Of a stretch of 64,000 nt of DNA, positions 56,367-64,000 are shown one piece after another. Location of the stretch: NCBI GenBank assembly GCA_965219675.1, contig OZ244786.1, positions 1,741,914-1,805,913 of the forward strand, in the 5' to 3' direction. The DNA is from Candidatus Multivorans sp. GTDB taxonomy: Bacteria; Acidobacteriota; Thermoanaerobaculia; Multivoradales; Multivoraceae. Positions within the stretch are counted from its first letter, which is position 1. Every line of letters starts with the position of its first letter. A model generated the notes under the pieces. The model saw only the letters and a list, made by a program, of their open reading frames with translations. It made no database searches and was not told where the DNA came from. A program made the translations under genes and the position numbers.

Positions 56367-58175
56367 TCAGCCGCCCGGAAGCTCCACGACCGTCGCACGG
56401 ACGAGATAGCTGGCGCGGCCCGAGGCCTCATCCCGGATTCCGACCGCCACCTCGAACCGGCCGGGCGGTAGATCGACGTTCACGATCACGACGGCGTCGT
56501 CCTCGGGGGGCGGCAGTTGGGAACCGTTCAGGGTCAGCGTTTTCTGGCGCATCGGCGTGCGCCCTCCGTCTTCGTTCTCGGCGAAGAGGAAGATGCGTAC
56601 GGCGCCGGTCGGACCGGAGGGTCCCGGCAACAGGGTGACGGCGGATGCAGGTACGCGAACCTCCACCGGTAGCGTGGCTTGGCCCTTGCCTTCGCCGGAC
56701 GACGGCTCTCCGAACGCCACTTCGGCGCCGAGCGGGTTGGTCTGCTCGCCGAGCTGGAGCGCGGCGAAGAGGCGGTCGGCGAGGCGCTGCTCATCCGACT
56801 TGAAGATGTACGAGCGGCGATACCGCACCCGCCAGCCCTTCCCGGGCTTCGTCAGCCGGACGTCGATCTGGCGAATCGGGTGGCGCCGACGTGTCGGAGC
56901 GGCATAGCCGAGGGAGTAGTAGGAACCGAAATCGGCGGCGATCTCCTCCAGCGCCTTCGCGGGGCGCGCCTGGTTGAACACCGCGCGGCCTCCGGTCTCG
57001 TCCGCAAGCAGGCTCAATGCCGCTTGCAGGTTGTCGGTCCTCAGTCGGTCGTTCTGGTGGCTCGGCACCAGGACGTTGGCAAGGCGGAGGCCGCCGGCGC
57101 CGCCGCCGTCTTCGGCGCCAACCGGACCGCCGACGCTGGCGTCCGCCGACGAGGATGGACGAACGCCGGCGGCGTCCACGGGGTAGATCGTCACGCGGTT
57201 CGCGTTGCTGAAGGCGCTGAAGTGATTGAAACGAGTCGTCTCGTCCCGGTCGAACTGTCGCCTGTCCATTTCCTGCTGGCGCTCCGGACAGAGCTCGCCC
57301 AGAAAGTGAAACAGCTCGGCGCCCGGTCGCAGGGGAAGGCCGTCGCTAACGTGAACCAGCGCCTTGGGACCGGGCAGGCCCCCGAGCGCCGCCGCCAGCT
57401 CTCCGAGAGCCGAAAGCGAGTCCGCGGCCCGCAACTGCGTCTCCGCCGCGTACTCCTCCGCCGAACCGAAAAGGTCGGCCCACATGTCCAGACAGGGTTC
57501 GCAGTCCGGCACGAAGGCGCCGCTGCTTTCGGCGAGGGCGCAGTTCTCGTAACTGGTCCGGATCCTCCGGAGCGTCTGACGGCGAAGAAGCTCGGGGTCG
57601 TGGAGGGGCTTCAGGGCACGAAGCGCCACCGCGAGATCGCTCGGATCATCAGTGAACGGCACCCGGACGTTCAGGTCGGGGTCCCCGGTGGCGAGCAGAT
57701 AGCGGCGTCCTTCCGGACCATCCGCCCGGTCCCCCAGAAAGGCAGCGAAGTCGCTCTCGATCCGACGAAGGCTCCCCAGACTGGTCCGGTAGCGGTCGAC
57801 GTAAAGGGCCACCAACAGGGGTGCGCCGGTGGCTTCCGCGTCGGTGAGCGCCTCGCCGTCGTTCTCCACCCACTCCCTGTCCTCGGGCAGCCGGTCGCTT
57901 CGAGAGGCGGCGTTGAAGAAGTTCGTAATCGGCATCGGTTCGCCCTCTTCGAAGACCTCGAAGTCCTCGACAGAGAGGTCGGAGATCGGCCGGCCCTTGC
58001 GGTCCGTGACATGAACGTCGACGTTCACGACGTTGACCGTCACCCGTTCGACAATGGTCGCCGCCCGGGCTTCCGGCGCCTGTTCCTGGGCCCGCGCGCT
58101 CGTGACGACCAGGAGGCCGGATGCAGCCAGCACCGCAACGGCGAGCCGCGACGTTCGGTGGGCGAACGCGAACAT
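56367..58175 (-). CDS. VWFA-related Acidobacterial-type domain protein, secreted.
   Basis: Internal ATG at 58175. Signal peptide MFAFAHRTSRLAVAVLAASGLLVVTSARAQ. VERVTVNVVNVDVHVTDRKGRPISDLSVEDFEVFEEGEPMPITNF. vWA LLVALYVDRY...LVHVSDGLP. Confidence 0.8.
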   Translation of the reverse strand: MFAFAHRTSRLAVAVLAASGLLVVTSARAQEQAPEARAATIVERVTVNVVNVDVHVTDRKGRPISDLSVEDFEVFEEGEPMPITNFFNAASRSDRLPEDREWVENDGEALTDAEATGAPLLVALYVDRYRTSLGSLRRIESDFAAFLGDRADGPEGRRYLLATGDPDLNVRVPFTDDPSDLAVALRALKPLHDPELLRRQTLRRIRTSYENCALAESSGAFVPDCEPCLDMWADLFGSAEEYAAETQLRAADSLSALGELAAALGGLPGPKALVHVSDGLPLRPGAELFHFLGELCPERQQEMDRRQFDRDETTRFNHFSAFSNANRVTIYPVDAAGVRPSSSADASVGGPVGAEDGGGAGGLRLANVLVPSHQNDRLRTDNLQAALSLLADETGGRAVFNQARPAKALEEIAADFGSYYSLGYAAPTRRRHPIRQIDVRLTKPGKGWRVRYRRSYIFKSDEQRLADRLFAALQLGEQTNPLGAEVAFGEPSSGEGKGQATLPVEVRVPASAVTLLPGPSGPTGAVRIFLFAENEDGGRTPMRQKTLTLNGSQLPPPEDDAVVIVNVDLPPGRFEVAVGIRDEASGRASYLVRATVVELPGG

Positions 58176-58196
58176 CCGTTCACTATACTGCCGCGG

Positions 58197-59078
58197 ATGG
58201 TCTGTACGGGCGGGAGAGCCACGGTTCACGCGCTTCCTGCCAGGGCAGGGCTCCTTGCCGTCATCTGCTCCATGGGCATCGCGTTCACGGCCGCGGACGC
58301 CCAGGTGTCCCGCCCCGACCCGGAGTACGCGGGCTCCGACCAGATCGAGGAATGGTCCGACCGCCGCATCCTCGTCGTCACGCCGCATCCGGACGACGAG
58401 ACGTTCACGTCGGGCGGCACTCTGGCGATGCTGGCGGCGAACGGCAACGAGATTCAGATCGTCGTCTACACCACGGACAACGCCGGGTCCCGCGACCCGG
58501 AGATGACGAAGGACCGCCTGAAGGCGATCCGCCGCGCCGAGGAGGAGGAAGCCTGCCGCATCCTCGGCATTCCGAAGGAGAACATCCACTGGCTGGGCCA
58601 CGACGACGGCATGCTCGAGTACGTCGACCGCCGCGAACTGACCCGGCAGGTGGCCCGCGAGATCCGGCGCTTCAAGCCTCACGCGCTGTTCTCCGTCGAT
58701 CCGGGTTCGCCCTACGAGCAGTACCACAAGTCCGATCACCGCTCCGGGGCCATCATCACGGTCGACGCGATCCGGGCGGCGCGCTGGCGGTTGTACTTCC
58801 CGGAGCTCGAGGCGGAGGGCTTCGGCGCCTGGAGCGTCCCCCTGGTCTTCTTCTACTACAGCGCGAATCCGAACTACACGGTCGACATCACGGAGGTGGC
58901 GGAGAAGAAGGCGCGCGCTTCGGCGGCGCACATCAGCCAGTTCGGCTCCCTGGTCGACCGCTACGATCCCGCGATCGTGGACGAGCAGCGCAAGGTGTGG
59001 GCGGCCCGCCTGCTGGAGCGCGCGGAGCGCGAGAACGGCAGGGTAGTGGAGCGGTTCCGGCGCTCCGAGGCCTACTGA
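58197..59078 (+). CDS. PIG-L/LmbE family N-acetylglucosaminyl deacetylase.
   Basis: ILVVTPHPDDETFTSGGTLA (PDDE motif) and HxDH-like ...YHKSDHRSG. The putative signal peptide ends at ...AFTAADAQ. Confidence 0.8.
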   Translation: MVCTGGRATVHALPARAGLLAVICSMGIAFTAADAQVSRPDPEYAGSDQIEEWSDRRILVVTPHPDDETFTSGGTLAMLAANGNEIQIVVYTTDNAGSRDPEMTKDRLKAIRRAEEEEACRILGIPKENIHWLGHDDGMLEYVDRRELTRQVAREIRRFKPHALFSVDPGSPYEQYHKSDHRSGAIITVDAIRAARWRLYFPELEAEGFGAWSVPLVFFYYSANPNYTVDITEVAEKKARASAAHISQFGSLVDRYDPAIVDEQRKVWAARLLERAERENGRVVERFRRSEAY

Positions 59079-60134
59079 GTGCCGGCCGGACCGGCTTCGA
59101 GCCAGCAGCCTTCGGCCGAGCATTCCCCTCCGTCGCTCGCGCTGAGCGTTCTGGACCAGTGTCCGATACGGGCCGGCGCGACCGCGGCGGATGCCGTCCG
59201 GGAGGCGGTGCAACTGGCCCGCGCCGCGGACCGCCTCGGGTACCGGCGCTACTGGCTCGCCGAACATCACAACTCGGAGTCTCTGGCCTGTGCCGCCCCC
59301 GAAGCTCTGATCGGGCAGGTCGCCGCCGCAACGAAGCGGATGCGGGTCGGTTCCGGCGGCGTGATGCTGAGCCACTACAGCGCACTCAAGGTGGCCGAGG
59401 TCTTCAGGATGTTGGAAACCCTGTACCCCGGACGAATCGATCTTGGGATCGGCCGTGCGCCGGGTTCGGACCGTCTGACTGCCCGGATCCTCGCGCACGG
59501 TCCGGGGCGACTGGGCGTTCAGCACTACCCGGAGCAGGTCGCCGATCTGCTCGGTTACCTGGGCCGAGGTCACCAGGACGAACGGCTGAACGGGGTGCGC
59601 GCCATGCCGCAGGGCGACACGCAACCGGAGGTCTGGCTGCTCGGCTCCAGTCTCGGATCCGCCCGTTTCGCCGCCTGGTTCGGCTGTCCCTACAGCTTCG
59701 CTCACTTCATCCAGCCGCGCGATGCTGAAGCCGCGCTCGACCTCTACCGGAGCGAGTACCGGCCGTCCGAGAGGCATCCGGAACCTCGAGCAAGCGTCGG
59801 CGTCAGCGCAATGGTGGCCGAGACCGGCGAGGAAGCGAGACGGCAGTCGCTCAGCCGCTTCCTGTGGTGGATCCGGTTGACTCAGGGGCGCCCGGGACCC
59901 TTTCCGAGCCTGGAGGAGGCCGAGGCGTACGAGTTCACGGACCGGGACAGGAAGGTCAGGGAGAAGATGCAGGCCCGGAGCCTGATCGGTTCGCCGGACG
60001 CCGTACGGAAACGTGCGGAAGAACTCGCCGGACGTCTGGGCGTGCGGGAACTCGTCGTGCTGACGATCTGTCCCAGCTTCGAGGCCCGCGCTCGCTCGTA
60101 CGAACTGCTTGCGGAGGCGGTCGGACTGAGTTGA
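59079..60134 (+). CDS. LLM-class flavin-dependent oxidoreductase (luciferase-like monooxygenase).
   Basis: ...LALSVLDQCPIR... and LGYRRYWLAEHHNS.... GTG start adjacent to the upstream stop. Confidence 0.8.
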   Translation: MPAGPASSQQPSAEHSPPSLALSVLDQCPIRAGATAADAVREAVQLARAADRLGYRRYWLAEHHNSESLACAAPEALIGQVAAATKRMRVGSGGVMLSHYSALKVAEVFRMLETLYPGRIDLGIGRAPGSDRLTARILAHGPGRLGVQHYPEQVADLLGYLGRGHQDERLNGVRAMPQGDTQPEVWLLGSSLGSARFAAWFGCPYSFAHFIQPRDAEAALDLYRSEYRPSERHPEPRASVGVSAMVAETGEEARRQSLSRFLWWIRLTQGRPGPFPSLEEAEAYEFTDRDRKVREKMQARSLIGSPDAVRKRAEELAGRLGVRELVVLTICPSFEARARSYELLAEAVGLS

Positions 60135-60270
60135 CAGCCGCGCTCTCAGGCCTGAGTATCCTCCCCGGGCTGGCGAGAATGAACTCGCGATGTTCGGATC
60201 CCCCGGAGGTGTTCGACGATGGCGATTGTGGATAGGCGGACGGAAACCGACGCGGAGACCGGCAACCCCG

Positions 60271-60317
60271 GGCCGGAACGGAGCGGGCGAGCGAGTGTCT
60301 CGGAGCTGTTTCCGGCC
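60271..60317 (+). promoter_or_regulatory. Stable stem-loop in the ahcY 5' leader (8-bp arms ggccggaa / ttccggcc) ending about 10 nt before the start codon. Candidate cis-regulatory RNA.
   Basis: The leader between 60135 and 60326 is non-coding in the family-consistent frame, and the 3' arm abuts the ribosome-binding region. Confidence 0.3.
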
Positions 60318-60326
60318 TCAAGCGGG

Positions 60327-61769
<1,443 letters not shown>

Positions 61770-61851
61770 GCCCCTCGAGAACCCTCCGGACCTTCGGCGA
61801 ATGCCGGGGTGTGCTGCACAAGTCGTTGTTTCTCAGTAAGATAGGGCTCTC

Positions 61852-63645
61852 ATGAAGAAAACTCGTAGTAGCACACTCTGGATTCCTGCGCTCGTCTCCA
61901 GCGCCCTCATGACCGTCTGGGCGTCCGGGGTTCAGGCCCAGGAGCGCTACCACCCCGCGATCGACCCGGTGCTCTTCCCGGTGCCGGAGAGCCTGGAAGC
62001 GGCGGTGGAGTTCTGGAAGAAGGTGTTCACAACCTACTCCAGCGACCAGGTCGTCCTCCACGACGAGCGGCACCTGGACGTCATCTACAGCGTGGTCGAC
62101 ATGAGCGATCTGCGCACCCTGGGCTCTTCGGAGTTGCAGATCGACCGGGCCCGGATCAGGCGAGTCCGCGCCGAGATGAACCGGGTCGCCAAGGCTTTGC
62201 GTGACCTTGCGGCGGGGCAGCCGGTGATGAACCTGCCCGCGGACCTGCGGTCCATCCCCACGCAGATGGAGCACGTGTCGGGCGGCAGGTCGAAGTACCG
62301 GCGGGCCGCCGGGATGATCCGTTCCCAGCGGGGGCTGCGGGACCGCTTCGAGGAGGCGATCGAGATCTCCGGCATGTTCATGCCGGGCATCGAGCGGACG
62401 CTGGCGGAGTACGGTCTGCCGGTGGAGATCCGCTGCCTGCCCTTCGTGGAGTCCATGTTCAACTACCGCGCACGCTCGAAGGTCGGCGCTTCCGGTGCGT
62501 GGCAGTTCACGGCCTCGACCGGCCGCGCCTTCCTGCAGATGGACGAGGCGGTGGACGCGCGCTCGGACGTGCTCCTTGCCGCCGCCGGCGCGGCGCGCAA
62601 GCTACGGCGAGACTACGAATCGCTCGAAGCCTGGCCACTGGCCCTGACCGCGTACAACCACGGCGCCGGCGGCATGGCGCGGGCCGTGCGCCGCCTGGGG
62701 ACCAGGGACATCGCCATCGTCGTGGAGAAGTACAGGTCGCGGACGTTCGGCTTCGCATCGCGCAACTTCTACGCCGAGTTCGTCGCGGCCGTAATCTCCT
62801 ACGTCGAGCGCGAACGGCACTTTCCGAACGTCGAACCGCTTCCCGAGATCCGATTCGACGTCGCCCTTCGGGATCGCTACGTCGCCCTGACCGATCTGGC
62901 CGCCGCGACCGGCGTGGAGATGGACCGGCTAGCGGAACTCAACCCGGCGCTGGACCGGACCGTGCTTGCAGGTTCCTTGCTCGTGCCGCCGCGCTATCCG
63001 CTCCGCGTGCCGCAAGGAATGGCCGGACAGTTCGAGCAGGCGTACGCCGAACTGCCTCCCGAGCGCAAGCCCGACCGTCAGGCCGCGTTCGGCTACCGGG
63101 TGCGTCGGGGAGACACGCTGGGCGGGATCGCGCGACGATTCGGCTCCAGCGTCGCGGAGATCCAGCGCGCCAACCGGCTGCCGAGGGCGGACCGGATCTA
63201 CATCGGCCAGCGACTGCGGATTCCTCAGCAGGGTACAGGGCGGAGTGCACCGCCGCCGGTCCAGCGCGTCGCGCTCGTGCCGCCGGAAAGATCCGAAACG
63301 GCTTCGGCGCCGGAGCTGGCAAGCAGCCGTGACCAGACGCCGAGCGACACGGTTCACGTCGTCAGGAGAGGCGAGTCCCTTCACCGCATCGCCAGGAAGT
63401 ACGGCACTTCCGTCGAGGTCCTGACCGCGGCGAACAGCCTGCGTCGGCCGGAGTTGATCCACGCCGGACAGCGCCTGGTGATTCCGCTGAATCGCGAGGA
63501 GGTGCTGTACCGGGTGCGGCGGGGCGACACGCTGAGTCAGTTGGCGCGCACCTTCCGCACGTCCGCGGCAAAGATCCGTCAGGCCAACGGACTGCGCGGC
63601 AACCTGATCGTCGTGGGCCAGACGCTGCGCATTCCGGCAGGATGA
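61852..63645 (+). CDS. Membrane-bound lytic murein transglycosylase D-like protein (an SLT domain plus three LysM domains).
   Basis: Signal peptide. SLT motif CLPFVESMFNYRARSKVGASGAWQF. Three LysM blocks (YRVRRGDTLGGIARRF..., HVVRRGESLHRIARKY..., YRVRRGDTLSQLARTF...). Confidence 0.85.
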   Translation: MKKTRSSTLWIPALVSSALMTVWASGVQAQERYHPAIDPVLFPVPESLEAAVEFWKKVFTTYSSDQVVLHDERHLDVIYSVVDMSDLRTLGSSELQIDRARIRRVRAEMNRVAKALRDLAAGQPVMNLPADLRSIPTQMEHVSGGRSKYRRAAGMIRSQRGLRDRFEEAIEISGMFMPGIERTLAEYGLPVEIRCLPFVESMFNYRARSKVGASGAWQFTASTGRAFLQMDEAVDARSDVLLAAAGAARKLRRDYESLEAWPLALTAYNHGAGGMARAVRRLGTRDIAIVVEKYRSRTFGFASRNFYAEFVAAVISYVERERHFPNVEPLPEIRFDVALRDRYVALTDLAAATGVEMDRLAELNPALDRTVLAGSLLVPPRYPLRVPQGMAGQFEQAYAELPPERKPDRQAAFGYRVRRGDTLGGIARRFGSSVAEIQRANRLPRADRIYIGQRLRIPQQGTGRSAPPPVQRVALVPPERSETASAPELASSRDQTPSDTVHVVRRGESLHRIARKYGTSVEVLTAANSLRRPELIHAGQRLVIPLNREEVLYRVRRGDTLSQLARTFRTSAAKIRQANGLRGNLIVVGQTLRIPAG

Positions 63646-64000
63646 TCCGCAGATCCCGCCGCGCGCGCCGCGCCGCCACGATCGCGACGCTGGCGGTCGT
63701 CCTGGCCGGCTGCGGAGAGGAGGCGCAACGGGAGGCGGAGCTCGTTCTGTTGGGGGGCCGTGTCGTCACCCTGAGCGAAGACCCGGAACGGGCCCCCGCG
63801 GAAGCGGAGGCACTTGCCGCGAAGGACGGCCGCATCGTGTTCGTCGGATCCGACGAAGCGGCTGGGAGTTGGATAGGCCCCGACACGGAAGTGCTCGACC
63901 TCGAGGGTCGGCTGGCCGTGCCCGGTCTCATCGAGGGGCACGGACACTTCTGGGGACTCGGGGAGTCGAAGCTCCAGTTGGCCCTTGAATCGGCTGCGTC
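63642..64000 (+). CDS. Metal-dependent amidohydrolase family protein, 3'-truncated by the window edge.
   Basis: The ATG overlaps the upstream stop. Lipoprotein signal ...TLAVVLAGCG. Metal-binding HxH in PGLIEGHGHFWGLGE. Confidence 0.6.
   Translation, partial: MIRRSRRARRAATIATLAVVLAGCGEEAQREAELVLLGGRVVTLSEDPERAPAEAEALAAKDGRIVFVGSDEAAGSWIGPDTEVLDLEGRLAVPGLIEGHGHFWGLGESKLQLALESAA

Noticed and set aside
56679-58196. 5' part of the 799-aa plus-strand track ORF 56679..59078, and the plus-strand ORF 58121..59728.
   Set aside because: The region 56679..58196 is antisense to the minus-strand VWFA gene, and 58121..59728 is an out-of-frame overlap of the PIG-L and LLM genes. The real genes are 58197..59078 and 59079..60134.
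61826-61842. Candidate -35 ttgttt and -10 taagat hexamers upstream of the MltD-like gene.
   Set aside because: The spacing is only 5 nt, which is incompatible with a sigma-70 promoter. The AT-richer patch may still hold a promoter, but I cannot define it.

Overview
This is a high-GC bacterial chromosomal segment with about 44 protein-coding genes, mostly on the + strand. I could support no rRNA, tRNA, CRISPR array, integrase or transposase from the sequence. Content suggests an Acidobacteriota-like organism (inference): three paralogous VWFA-related Acidobacterial-type proteins, a PVC-type heme-binding CxxCH protein, secreted PQQ-like beta-propellers, a TonB-dependent receptor, and RND efflux under an ECF sigma module.

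The most interesting region is the first ~8 kb. It looks like a horizontally acquired defence island with an architecture I do not recognise. A TIR-domain protein is read divergently from an operon that encodes a RelE/ParE-like N-domain fused to an SF1 UvrD-like helicase, then an ABC-type (AAA_21/OLD-like) ATPase translationally coupled to a small putative nuclease-like protein, then a second paralogous ABC-ATPase. Nucleotide composition in this region is visibly less GC-rich than the rest of the window. The layout echoes Gabija (ATPase plus UvrD helicase) and PARIS/Septu-type ATPase-nuclease pairs, but with a different domain partition and an added TIR NADase-like gene.

The rest of the window is housekeeping and envelope genes:
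- a PQQ-propeller / Fe-alcohol dehydrogenase / HemN-like radical SAM cluster next to a TonB-dependent receptor
- a flavin-dependent halogenase-like gene
- an SSS transporter, a GT4 glycosyltransferase and a MacB-like ABC/FtsX pair
- an S9 peptidase, a TPR protein and a CCA-adding enzyme
- ECF sigma / anti-sigma / Spy-like protein followed by RND-MFP-RND
- a PP-loop ATPase fused to an AraC-type HTH, and a Cys-rich secreted miniprotein
- a sugar ABC transporter, a PIG-L deacetylase, an LLM oxidoreductase, ahcY, an MltD-like LysM transglycosylase and a truncated amidohydrolase

Smaller points worth a second look are a probable frameshift at the 5' end of the large VWFA gene, a signal peptide encoded upstream of the first canonical start of the S9 peptidase, an intragenic tandem duplication of NBR1-like Ig domains, and a structured leader upstream of ahcY.

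Start coordinates were set from residue offsets within the supplied ORF track and are uncertain by a few codons in several cases.
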